Assembly (NCBI GenBank): GCA_025594325.1
Contig: JANHCV010000001.1
Location: forward strand, 1,674,001-1,738,000
Direction of reading: 5' to 3'
DNA length: 64,000 nucleotides
Origin: Blastocladiella emersonii ATCC 22665
Lineage: Eukaryota; Fungi; Blastocladiomycota
Shown piece after piece: positions 21,375 to 32,902 of this stretch (positions are counted from its first letter, which is position 1; each line of letters starts with the position of its first letter). The translations under genes and the position numbers were made by a program. A model generated the notes under the pieces. It searched no databases and had not been told where the DNA came from. It saw only the letters and a list, made by a program, of their open reading frames with translations.

Positions 21375-22133
21375 GTGGAGTGGAGCCACTTATGTCCCCG
21401 AGGCGCGGCGCGGCGATTCACGATGCTCGAACTGGCTCGGGACGCGACGACGAGTCGCACGGTCCTTCCTCGAATCGCATCGCGTCGCACTCGCAAGAGT
21501 GTCTCTTCGTCAAGTGGAGGGCACCTTCCTTGCATAATAAGTTCGGCGCGCGTTGGGTCTTCGCGCGTGTACATTCGCCTCGCTTTGGGCGGTGTAAGTC
21601 TCGCGCTAAGCATGCATAACCCAATGAACGTGGTTCCGTTATTCGCGGATACGATCAACAGCCCAACTGTTCGAAGTGTGTTCAAGGTCATTGCGCCGAT
21701 TGCCGAGCTGCGTTGCGTACGCTTACAGCTACAATTGATCGACTTGATCGTTACCGAAGTAGTTCTCATCGCGGCGTGAATCACTCCGCCTCGCGACTGG
21801 TACCTTCGCAATTATCTTTTGGCGCACACCGGCATAACACATTTGCGCTTCGACCTTTGCTTCCGCAATCCAATCGTCGTGGTTCCTTTCGCCCCGGTCG
21901 CTCGGAATAGCCCAACGATCAAAACCCTCCACAAGGTCTTTGCGACGATTGCCGAGCTACTTTGCTCATCCTTTTCGCTATCCTCGTTTGACCTTATCAT
22001 CGCCGAGTCCGTCGCCGTGTTCACGTCGAGCGGCTTCCCTCAGCAATACCTGGCGAACTCAAACTCGAACTCGAACTCTAGCGATCCAATTTCAAGACAT
22101 AGTTCAGGCTCGCTCAATCGCATAAGGACCTAA
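21375..22133 (+). pseudogene. Possible decayed coding relic with an ~83-codon internal repeat
   Basis: One reading frame interrupted by a single TGA (21777-21779). Blocks at 21629 and 21878 (offset 249 nt) align without gaps and show synonymous third-position changes in the plus frame. GC is lower than in neighbouring genes. Confidence 0.3.
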
Positions 22134-22661
22134 GACTCTCATTCACGGAATATGATGTGCAGGTCACCGCTTTGCCTCGGATCGATAGGACCAGTCCGTG
22201 TCCACTCACACGCATCGGCTCCACTTCCTGCGCTTTCTTTGTTCACGCTTCATCACGGTCACTCAATGTACCACCCTGCCTTGAACATCTGCTCAGCAGC
22301 CAGCGACCTTTACCCGCAGTTGCTGGTTGGGTGTCGAGGCCGCGCATGAAAAGTGCATTGGGGCCGTTGCTACCGTTTCAGTAACGACGCGACTTGGTCT
22401 CGGCGAGGGAAAACGAACTGTGCGAGGGAGAGCCAGCCACAGGCGTGTGTGCGCGGAACCGGACCCTTCTTTCGAGTCGGGAAACGTTGACACGCGAATA
22501 AGCATAAATTTCTACGTCGCAGTTAAGATGTAGGGAAGGATGACGGTCATTGGGGACCGAGACGGCCTTTGGGAACCGACAACAGCCGCTCAAGCCTTTA
22601 GGTTACATCGTGGAACCTCGTTCACATTCACGGCGCGGACTGCTCGGCCTTTGAACCACAG

Positions 22662-22867
22662 CGTGTCCGTTCTGGCCGCGATAGGAACGCCGAGGCTCGC
22701 ACTGCGCAAGGGTGGGCCGGCTGCCTTGGACGACCTCACGCAACGCACGGTTCAACGTTGAACCGAGGAACGAGTACAAAGTGCGTTGCGTGAGGGCGTC
22801 CAAGGCAGCCGGCCCACCCTTGCGCAGTGCGAGCCTCGGCGTTCCGATCGCAGCCAGAACCGACACG
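22662..22867. repeat. Foldback/hairpin element: 87-bp inverted arms, 32-bp spacer, 18-bp perfect palindrome
   Basis: 22662-22748 versus the reverse complement of 22781-22867 differ at 4 of 87 positions. CGGTTCAACGTTGAACCG lies at 22748-22765. Confidence 0.9.
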
Positions 22868-23103
22868 TTCGGGTAGTCCAAGTAAAGTCGACCCACTTGC
22901 CTGGGTCAGTGGTGAAAGCCAGGACTGATGGGTGGCGCAGCGCGTGAGGACAGGGTTGACGGCCTGTACGGCTGATTTGGGAGGCTGACAGGCTGGGCAG
23001 CCGCCAGATCAGAGGCGATCACGGCTGCTCTCGGCTGCTCTGCTCTCGCTTGACCCCCCTCCACTGCGACGAATCTTTTCATTGAACTTGCTGCATTGTC
23101 ACC

Positions 23104-24804
23104 ATGGGAATCCTCGGTACCAAGCCTGCGGGCGTGGTAGCCACAAACATGTAACTGCCGCTGAGCCACCGCACCCGCCATGTATTCTGCCATGTAACAG
23201 AGAAGATCAACGACATCCAGGTGCGTTCGCAGTCAGGAGGGTAGACCGGAAGGAGGCTCACGCGTGGCGCACGTTTGGCTAGGCCGAGATCAACCGGACG
23301 CAGAAGAACAAGGGTGCGTTGCGGCTGGCGGTCGCCGCCGACCTCCCCGCACCTCCCTGGACGTCATCTACGCCTTCTCTGCTCGTCGCTAACTCATTTG
23401 GGGCTAGCAACGGAATTCCACTTGGGCCTGCTGAAAGCGAAGCTCGCAAAGTACCGGTTGCAGCTGCTCGAGCCAACTGGCAAGTCTGGGGCCAAGGGCG
23501 AGGGATTCGATGTACGCCGAGGTTCCCGCGGCCCCGCAACCTCCCACCACCACTCTCACCCTCACCCATGCTCCTCCGAACTCTAGGTTATGCGCAGTGG
23601 CGATGCGCGTGTCGGCCTAGTCGGATTCCCCAGTGTGGGCAAGTCCTCGCTCCGTATGCATTCGCCAACTGCCCGTTTGCTCCACGTTTCTTCCCAGAGC
23701 GTCGCTGACCACTCCGCTACGTTCGCTCGCGTCGTTGCGCCCTCTCGCAGTCTCCAAGCTCACCAAGACGCAGTCCGAGGCCGGCGCTTACGAGTTCACG
23801 ACCCTGACGTGCATTCCCGGGTGCGTCTGCCGTCTGGACCGTCATTACTCTGCTCCGAACTGATCATGACCGTCCTCGCATTTGTAGTAAGATCGACTAC
23901 CACGGTGCTCAAATCCAGCTCCTCGATTTGCCCGGCATCATCGAGGGCGCCGCCCAGGGCAAGGGGCGTGGTCGCCAGGTCATTGCCGTGGCGCGTACCT
24001 GCGACCTCATTGCGATCGTTCTTGACGCGGTACGTACAGTTCTCGAATGCAAGTAGGACATGGTCTGACCGCGGTCGTTTGTTCCTGTAGACCAAGCCCG
24101 CGACGCAGCGCGAGCTGCTTGAGCGCGAGCTCGAGGCCGTCGGCATCCGCCTCAACCGCAGCAAGCCGAACGTTACGTTCAAGGTCAAGACGGGTGGTGG
24201 TCTGTCGATCACGGCCACGTGCAAGCTGACCAAGATCAACGAGAAGATGGTGTACGGCATCCTGCACGATTACAAGATCTACCACGCCGAGGTGCTGATC
24301 CGCGAGGACATTTCCGTCGGTACGTCGTTGTCCCGCCACGAGTCGCGGAGATTGCCTACTCACCTCGCTGTTGAACTCATAGACGACCTCGTCGACGTGA
24401 TTATCGGAAACCGCAAGTACATCCGCGCCATGTACGTGGTCAACAAGATCGACGCCATCTCGATGGAGGAGGTGGACGCGATCGCGCGCCAGCCCGACAC
24501 GGTGGTCATCTCGTGCGAGCTGGACCTGAACCTCGACTACCTCGTCGACAAGATGTGGGAGTACCTCAACCTGGTCCGCGTGTACACCAAGAAGCGTGGC
24601 GAGTACCCCGATTTCGAGGGCGGCATCATCCTGCGCAACGGCGCCACCATCGAGCACGTCTGCCACGCGGTGCACCGCACGCTCCGCGACCACTTCCGCT
24701 ACGCGCTCGTGTGGGGCACGTCGACCAAGCACAACCCGCAGAAGGTCGGGCTCGCGCACGTCGTGCAGAACGGTGACGTGGTCCAGGTCGTCAAGAAGAA
24801 GTAA
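23104..24804 (+). CDS. DRG2: Developmentally regulated GTP-binding protein 2 (DRG2/Rbg2), ~9 exons
   Basis: Spliced product [38 protein letters not shown]...GFPSVGKSS...[12 protein letters not shown]...[19 protein letters not shown]...TGS domain, with eight GT-AG introns. Confidence 0.95.
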
Positions 24805-25042
24805 GCGCCGTGTCATTCCGTCGTTGCTCACCCTATGTTTATCAACCCGCAGTTTGTCAGTCTGTTCCAATCAAAATCCCAGTTTGTTCATTGTTTTCTC
24901 GCCCATTCCTGGATCAAGATGCGCGACACGTGGGTGCGAGACGCGGTGGTTGGTCGCGGCTTGGTCGCGACTGGTCGCCGGTCAGTCGGTCGAAGCCCCG
25001 TCCTGCTCACCGCGGAGTTACGCTGGACCCGAGCAGCACGAG

Positions 25043-25048
25043 TATAAA
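25043..25048 (+). promoter_or_regulatory. TATA box upstream of the 25111 ORF
   Basis: TATAAA 24-63 nt upstream of the candidate ATGs (25072/25111). Confidence 0.35.
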
Positions 25049-25110
25049 GCCCAGGCCCCGCCCATACTTCCATGACAGCAAGTCACAGCTTCACAACCAG
25101 GCAATCATAC

Positions 25111-25902
25111 ATGGGCCGCAACAACCAGTCCACCATCCTCACCAAGTCCGCCACTCCCTCGGCGGCCACGGCCACGGCTTCGGCCGCCCACAAGGCCGCG
25201 CTCCACGGCGCCGCGACGGGTCCGGCTATGGCCCGCGCGTCCGTGGCCGCCGTCATAGGCCCTGCCTCGGCCAAGACGGCGCTCATCGGCAACAAGGCCA
25301 CCGCCGCCGCCAAGTACATTCCGCCTCCGCTCCGCAACAACGCCGCGGGTACCACCAAGTCCACGGCCAAGCCGGCACCCCCTGCCCTCACCCCGCTCTC
25401 GCCAACGTCGCGCGCTCGCTCGAACCATGGCCGCTCGCTCTCGCCCAAGGAGAAGCGGATCCAGACGGCGCCGACGTGGCGCCCGACCAACAACGCGGGC
25501 AAGCTCGAGCGCATGTTCTCGGGCCGCTCGGCGTCCGCCGGTCCGCGCACCTCGCTCGCGATGCGGGTCACGGTGCGCGGCGGCGCGCCGGTCCTCGGCG
25601 CGACGCCGGTGCGCGAGCACCCCGACGACGCGTTCTTCTCGGGCGCGTGGCTGTTCGACACGGCGCGCGTGCCGCTGTGGATGCAGCTCGCGGTGCCGGA
25701 CCTCGCGTCGGCGCTGGTCGTGCGCCGCCGCATGCTGGTCCGCGCGTGCCCGAACCCGCGCTACGCGAGCCGCGACGTCCCTGCCCTCAAGAGCACGGTC
25801 AAGAAGCCGATGCGCGTGTTCCCCGGCATCAAGGTCAAGGAGCTCGCGGCGGCGCCCAATACGGCCGGCGGCAGCAAGCGTTCGGCCAAGGCGCAGCGCT
25901 AG
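25111..25902 (+). CDS. Hypothetical basic protein, ~263 aa
   Basis: ORF with GC3-biased codons, an upstream TATA, and a structured-looking C-terminal block (HPDDAFFSGAWLFDTARVPLW...). No family recognised; ATG 25072 is an alternative start. Confidence 0.6.
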   Translation: MGRNNQSTILTKSATPSAATATASAAHKAALHGAATGPAMARASVAAVIGPASAKTALIGNKATAAAKYIPPPLRNNAAGTTKSTAKPAPPALTPLSPTSRARSNHGRSLSPKEKRIQTAPTWRPTNNAGKLERMFSGRSASAGPRTSLAMRVTVRGGAPVLGATPVREHPDDAFFSGAWLFDTARVPLWMQLAVPDLASALVVRRRMLVRACPNPRYASRDVPALKSTVKKPMRVFPGIKVKELAAAPNTAGGSKRSAKAQR

Positions 25903-26241
25903 TGGGTGTGGATGTGCTGAGAGCGAGACGCGTGGCGTCTCTTACTGCCGATGAATATACCGTCTTCCCTGAGCAGATCAAACATTGATCGGAACGGACG
26001 AGAGGAAACGCCAGCAGGGCGAGCGGAAACGCCAACCGCGACGCGTGAGGTTTGCGCACGTGAGGCGCCACGGCGACCGCCACGCCACGAAGTCCGCCGC
26101 CGCCGCCGACCTGTTCGACGCGCTCTCCGCCACCCTCGCCGATCGCCCCTCTCCCCTCCCCTCCACGCGCGCGGAGTGCAGCCAACCCGCTGCAACGAGT
26201 CGTCTCGCACCGCCGCGCCCCTCCACCCCCACCACACTGCC

Positions 26242-29200
26242 ATGGACTCGTGCTACACCATCATCCGGCCGGTCGACAGCGCCGAGGCGCCGACGGTCGA
26301 GTCGCTCAAGGCGGCGCTCGACAAGGGGTCCGACGAGGTCAAGGTCGCCACCATGAAGAAGGTCCTGCGCGGCATGCTGAGCGGCGAGACGTACGGCCAG
26401 CAGCTCATCATGCACGTCATCCGCTTCGTGATGCCGTCCAAGCACAAGCCGCTCAAGAAGTTGACCCACCTGTACTGGGAGACCGTATCCAAGCACAGCC
26501 CCGACGGCAAGCTGCTGCCCGAGATGATCCTCGTGTGGTGCGTGCTCTTGTCCTCGCATTCGCGCTTGTTCGTGGACGCGCCTTGACCCGATCCCGTCCC
26601 CGCGATCTAGCAACGCCCTCCGCAACGAGCTGCTGCACCCCAACGAGTACATCCGCGGCATGGCGCTGCGCCTCGTGTGCAAGCTGCGCGACGCCGAGCT
26701 GCTCGAGCCGCTGGTCCCGTCGTGCCGCCAGAGCCTCGACCACCGCCACGCCTACGTGCGCAAGAACGCGATCCTCGCCGTCTACTCCATCTTCAAGCAC
26801 AACCAGGTTCTGATCCCCGACGCGCCCAAGCTCATCAGCGACCTGCTCGCCAAGGAGACGGACATGGCGTGCCGCCGCAACGCCTTTGTCATGCTGCAGA
26901 ACTCGGCGCCCGAGCTCGCCATCGCCTACCTCGCCTCGGTCGCCGCGCAGATCCCGACCTTTGACGAGAACGTGCAGCTCGCCGTCGTCGAGCTCGTGCG
27001 CAAGGAGGCGCGCAGCCGCGCCGAGGACCGCGCCCGCTACCTCAAGCTGCTGTTCGCGCTGCTGCAGTCGCCCGACCCCGCCGTCAAGTACGAGGCCGCG
27101 AGCTCGCTCATGTCGCTGACCAGCAACCCGGACGCGGTGCGCGCCGCCACCGCGTGCTACGTCGAGCTGCTCGTCAAGGCCGCCGACACCAACGTCAAGC
27201 TGATCGTGCTGGAGCGCATCCAGGAGCTCATTGAGCAGCACGAGCGCGTCGCCGCCGACGACCTGACCGTCGACCTGCTGCGCGCCCTCGCCACCCCGGA
27301 CATGGAGGTCCGCCGCAAGGCCAGCAAGGTGGCGCTCGCCATGACCAACGCGCGCAACGTCGACCAGGTCGTCGCGTTCCTGAAAAAGGAGCTCGCCAAG
27401 ACCGCCGACGCCGACATGGACCGCGCCCCCGAGTACCGCCAGCTGCTGATCCAGACCATCCACACGTGCGCCATCCGGTTCCCCGCCGTCGCCGCCACCG
27501 TCGTCTACATCCTCATGGATTATCTGGGTGACACATCCAACGCGTCCGCCGTCGACGTGGTCGCGTTCGTGCGCGAGGTCGTCGAGCGGTTCCCCGACCT
27601 CCGACCGGGTATCCTCACCCGCCTCCTCGCCTCGCTCAACGACCTCAAGAGCGGCAAGGTCGCCCGCGGCGCGCTGTGGATCCTCGGCGAGTACACGCCC
27701 ATTGACCTCGTCGACGCCACGCTCGACACGATCAAGAAGAGTCTCGGCGAGATCCTGACCAAGGCCATGGAGGCGCAGGCTGGCGCGGCCGCCGCTGCGG
27801 CTACTGCTGACGGCACGGCGAACGGTACCTCGGCTGCCGCGCCAGGGACCCCGGCCGTTGCTGTGCCCGCCACCGCCGGCAGCAAGCTCAAGGTCAACAC
27901 GACCAAGGTGCTGGCGGACGGCACGTACGCGACGCAGACGGCGCTGACCACGTCCGGCACGCCGACGGCGGCGGGCGGGGCCGACGGCAAGCGGCGGCCA
28001 CCGCTGCAGGCGCTGCTCCAGAACGGCGACTACTTCACGAGCGCGGTGCTGGCGACGTGCCTGACCAAGCTCAGTCTGCGGCTGCACGCGGCGGCCAAGA
28101 CGGACTCGGCGCTCGTCGCGGCGAGCAACCGGGTCACGGCCGACTGCATGTGGGTGCTGACGTGCGTGCTCAAGCAGGGCATGGCGAGCACCATGGACGA
28201 GGACTCGTACGAGCGCGTGCAGCAGTGCCTGGCCACGCTGTCGGGCGAGGACGTGGACAACGACGAGGTGCGCGCCGTGTACCTCGGCGAGTGCCGCGCG
28301 TCGTTTGCCCGCGTGCTCGCGGCGCAGGACGCGCGCACCGCCAAGAAGGCGCGCGACGCCGCGCCCAAGGCCAAGGTCGAGGACGTGATCTCGTTCGGTC
28401 TCCTCAAGCGCGCCGACGCGTCGGGTGCCGGCGGCGCCGACGGCGGGCTGCTCGGCGGGCTCGACTCGTACGAGGACGACCTGACGCGCGCCACGGGGGC
28501 CGCGGCGGCGGGCGCCGAGCCGCGGGCCGAGAACCAGCTCAGCCGCGTGGTGCAGCTGACGGGGTTCTCGGACCCCGTGTACGCCGAGGCGTACGCGAAC
28601 GTGCACCAGTTCGACATTGTGCTGGACGTGCTGCTGGTGAACCAGACGTCGACGACGCTGCAGAACCTGACGCTCGAGTTTGCGACGCTGGGCGACCTCA
28701 AGCTCGTGGAGCGCCCCGCGCCCGTGACGCTGGCGGCCAAGTCGTACCACACGCTCAAGGCCAACATCAAGGTGTCGTCGACCGAGACGGGGGTCATTTT
28801 CGGCAACATTGCGTACGACGTGGGCGCGCTCGACACGCGGTGCGTGATCCTGGCCGACATCCACATCGACATCATGGACTACATCCACCCGGCGCAGTGC
28901 ACCGAGACCCAGTTCCGCGCCATGTGGACCGAGTTCGAGTGGGAGAACAAGGTCAACGTGCACTTCCAGGGCACCCAGGACCTGCGCAAGTACCTCGACC
29001 ACATGATGGCCGCCACCAACATGGCGTGCCTGACGCCCGAGCCCGCGCTCGCCGGCGCCGAGTGCGGCGTCCTGGCCGCCAACCTGTACGCGCGCAGCGT
29101 GTTCGGCGAGGACGCCCTCGCCAACCTGTGCATCGAGCGCGCCCCCAACGGCGGCGGCATCGTCGGCCACATCCGCATCCGCGCCAAGACCCAGGGCATC

Positions 29201-29296
29201 GCGCTCTCGCTTGGCGACAAGATCACGCTGTCGCAGAAGAACGCGGCCAACGGCGGCGGCGCCGACGCGGCAACGCTGGCCACGGCCGCCGCGTAG
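26242..29296 (+). CDS. SEC26: Coatomer subunit beta (beta-COP), 2 exons, 993 aa
   Basis: EMILVC|NALRNELLHPNEYIRG, HRHAYVRKNA, LSRVVQLTGFSDPVYAEAY, FRAMWTEFEWENKV and IRIRAKTQGIALSLGDKI; intron 26538-26610. Confidence 0.96.
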
Positions 29297-29564
29297 CCTC
29301 TCCTCTTACTTGATTTCGCTCCCCCCCTCTCTCCATTTTGTTGTTCCTCGCGCTACTCAAACGTATTCTGTCACCCAAGCCTTTCGTTCCTATGCGTGCG
29401 AGGTGTGTGGGATGGGATGAGCGACACGCGTCGGTCGGCGCGTCGGCTCGACTCACTTCGCTGCCCGTCAGGCGGCGCCGATCCCACTCGCATCCCGCGC
29501 TCTCTCCTGCCTGCGACTGCAACGCATCAACACCACGTAACCCAGCGCAACCAGTCTATGAAAC

Positions 29565-30740
29565 ATGTCTGCCGAGGCCGGTCTTGAGTTTTCCGTGTAT
29601 GGGGGCGATCAACGAGTGCGTGCGAGTCTGCGCGGTCTCGACTGACGACGACAGCGTCCTCCTGCTGATGGTAGCCACCCGCTGGTGCTCCTCAACATCT
29701 CGGACCACTACAACCGTGGTCGCGTCCAGCGCCAGGACTTTGCCGGGCTCGGTACGACTTATGGCAACCGCACTACCGCGTTCGCACGCTGACCATCGCA
29801 TGTCTAGTGTTTGGCGCGCTCATGGGCGTGCAGTCGGGCCGCCATGCCGAGATCTTCACGTCGTTCGAGGTCAAGGTGACGCCCGACGAGTCGCGCGAGA
29901 ACTGGGTCCTTGACACGGAGCTGTTTGCGACGCGTCTCAACCAGTGTACGTTCCTCACTGGCGTGAGCACGAAGACATGTCGCTGAACCCTGTCGACAAC
30001 GACCTACGCGTTTAGACAAGACCGTGTTCCCCGAGTACGATTTCCTCGGGTGGTACTCGACGCACAGCCAGTCGCCGAGCGCGCGCGAGCTGGCGATCCA
30101 CGCGCAGTTCATGCAGTTCAACGAGCTGCCCATCTACGCGCGGCTGGACCCGACCATGATGGGCGGCAGCAAGCACCTGCCGTTCTACGTGTACGAGGCG
30201 TCCATCGACCCCAACTCGGGCAGCGCGGTGCTGGCCGAGTCGCCCGTCAAGGTGGTGACGAGCGAGCCCGAGCGCATTGCCGTGGACGGCGTGGCCAAGG
30301 ACACGAGCGCGGCGGCGGGCGCCGAGGGCGCCGTGATCGCGCACCTGTCGTCGCAGCGCAACGCGCTCGACATGCTGCGCCTGCGCATCAAGGCGCTGCA
30401 CGCGTACGTGGACGCGGTGCGCCGCGGCGACGCCCCCGCCGACCACGCCCTGCTGCGCCAGATCGCCAGCGTCACGCACCAGCTGCCGTCCGTCGCCAGC
30501 AACGAGTTCGCGTCGCAGTTCGCCAAGGACTACAACGACGTCCTGCTCGCCCTCTACCTCGCCGTCATGACCAAGACCACCCACCTCACCAACGACCTCG
30601 TCGACCGCCACCTCGAGGAGCACCCGACCGCCGTCCCGCACGCGGGCGGCGCCGGCGGCAGCGGCGGCGGGCCCATGGACCGCGCCGCCGGGCGCAAGTG
30701 GGCCGCCATGCAGCGCGACCGCGACCGCATGATGTACTAG
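29565..30740 (+). CDS. CSN6: COP9 signalosome subunit 6 (MPN- domain), 4 exons
   Basis: LEFSVHPLVLLNISDHYNR, VFGALMGVQ, YKTVFPEYDFLGWYST, EPERIAVD and NDVLLALYL; introns 29597-29674, 29752-29807 and 29946-30015. Confidence 0.88.
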
Positions 30741-30937
30741 GCGCGCAGCGTGCGTGAGAGTGGGTTTGTTGTGTGTGTGAATGGAGGATGAGGTTCTTAG
30801 GATGCGACGAATTTCAACACCTTTGCGGCGGCCTATGGTCGCCGGCGGGGTCGGGTTAGGGCCGCACGCCCCTTGTTCTCACGCTCTCTTCTCCCCTTCA
30901 ACTCCACCACCAACTGCAACGTAAACTGAATGAAACC

Positions 30938-32035
30938 ATGGCCAACGCCGGCCTAGACCCGCTCCCGCCGTCCACGACGACCCAGCCCAAGCGCCGCCGC
31001 GCCTCAGGCCCATCGTGGACATGGATTGCGCGCGAGTTCGGTGTCGCTGTCGTTGCATGGATCCTCGGCGTTGGCTCGCTGTTCCTCAAGGCGACGCGGG
31101 ACCGCACCTTTGACCCGCGCGACCTCAGCATCGACCTCCCGATGCGCCCCGACTCGGTGTCTGACGAGGTCATGGGGGTCCGTCGTAGTCGCTTGAGCGT
31201 ACCGCCGCCTGCGATACTGATGGCAGTGGGTCTACTGTAGGCAGCGTCGGTGATCCTGCCCGTCGTCACGGCGCTCGTCACCGAGTGGCTCGTCCATCGG
31301 CGGGGCATCGCGGCGACAGTCAAGGCGGCGGCGCCCATGGCCATCGGGTCGCTCGTCGCCAACGCCATCACGGAGGTTCTGACCAACGTCGTCAAGGTGT
31401 TTGCGGGCGAGCCGCGGCCCGACTTTCTCGCGCGGTGCCAGGTACAGCTCACACTTCCCCCGCGTCACAGCGCCCATCTAACGAACGACGTACGGCTAGT
31501 CCGCGATCCCGCCAAACCACCGCGGCGCGCTGACCGTGGCGGCGTGCACGGGTGACGCCAAGCTGGTGGACCAGGGGCTCAAGGCGTTCCCGTCGGGCCA
31601 CGCGTCGCTGTTCATGTGCGGGATGCTGTACATGGCGCTGTACTGGCGGCACGCGCTCGCGCACCCGGCGGCGCGGCGTGTTGTGGGTGTCGGGCTGCCG
31701 CACCTCGTCGGCGCGATGCCGGTGCTCGCGGCGCTGGTCATGGGAGTCTCGGTACGATTCGCGGCGAGGGGGCGCGGCATTGCAGGGCGACTGACCTCGT
31801 GTGGACGATGTAGCGCGTCGCTGACAACCACCACGACGGGTACGACGTGACCGCGGGCCTGGTGCTCGGCGCGGCGGTCGCGCTGGCCACCTTCCCACTG
31901 TACCTGCCGCCGTACCACGACGAGGCGGGCAGCGAACCGGTGGCCGCCGCGTCGAGCGATACCGAAGCGCTCCTCGGCAACGGCGACGCCGAGGCCAACG
32001 CCTCCACGGCCAAGACTTCGCGGAGAAAGCCGTGA
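30938..32035 (+). CDS. PAP2-family lipid phosphate phosphatase (DPP1/LPP1-like), ~4 exons
   Basis: All three PAP2 motifs are present after splicing: KVFAGEPRP, FPSGH and SRVADNHHDGYD, with TM segments. Confidence 0.88.
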
Positions 32036-32089
32036 TGAGGGAAACACAACTGCTCATATTCAAATGAAACTGTCTGCTTGCACACCACT

Positions 32090-32699
32090 CTACTCGCCCT
32101 GGAACCGCAGCGAGACGCTGTTGACGCAGTGGCGCTCGTCGGTGGGGGTCTTGAACCCCTCGCCCTTGAAGACGTGGCCGAGGTGCGACCCGCAGTTGTT
32201 GCAGACGATCTCGATGCGCGTCATGCCCATGCTGCGGTCCTCGTTGCGGCCGACGGCGCCCGGGATCGCGTCGAAGAAGGCGGCTACACGATCGACTGAG
32301 GTCAGGGCCCGAACCGCCCGCAGCCGCACTGCAGGTCGACGTACGCCAGCCGCACCCGCTATCGAACTTGGTGGTGCTCTTGTACAGCGGGGCGTCGCAC
32401 GCGCCGCAGTTGTACACGCCCTTCTCGTAGTGCTTGTTGTACTCGCCCGTGCCCGGACGTTCGGTGCCGGCCTGGCGCAGCACGCGGAACTGCTCGGGCG
32501 ACAGCACGGCGCGCCACTCCTCGTTGGACTTCTGGACGGGGAACGACGACATGGTGCGGGACGGCTGCTGGCGAGAGAAGACCGAGGGAAGAACGACGGC
32601 AGCGGCAGCAGCGGCGGCAGTGAGGGCAACGAGGCCGGCGGTGGGGGATGTCAGGGACCGGAGGCGCATGGCGGCAGAGGAGGCAGTTGCATGGAGCAT
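32090..32699 (-). CDS. MSRB: Peptide methionine-R-sulfoxide reductase MsrB, 2 exons, 182 aa
   Basis: [25 protein letters not shown]|[16 protein letters not shown] and RHCVNS; intron 32284-32344. Confidence 0.95.
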
Positions 32700-32902
32700 C
32701 GTGGACAAACCTGGTCGGTGGAGGTGGTTGATAAGTTGCAAGAGAGCGGAGGTGCGATGCGAGGGGAGAGAGAAGAAGAGGGAGGGGAGGAAACGCGACC
32801 ATCGGCCTCTTGCGATCGCGTCGGGCGCGCGTCAGCTGCCCCGAACACCGAAGCCAAGACTAAGATCACAGAATTCTATCAAAACTGAGCCACACCTTCC
32901 CT

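Noticed and set aside
21777-21779. In-frame TGA as a selenocysteine or readthrough codon
   Set aside because: There is no redox motif context and no recognisable SECIS. Pseudogenisation is the simpler explanation. The MsrB here uses Cys (RHCVNS).
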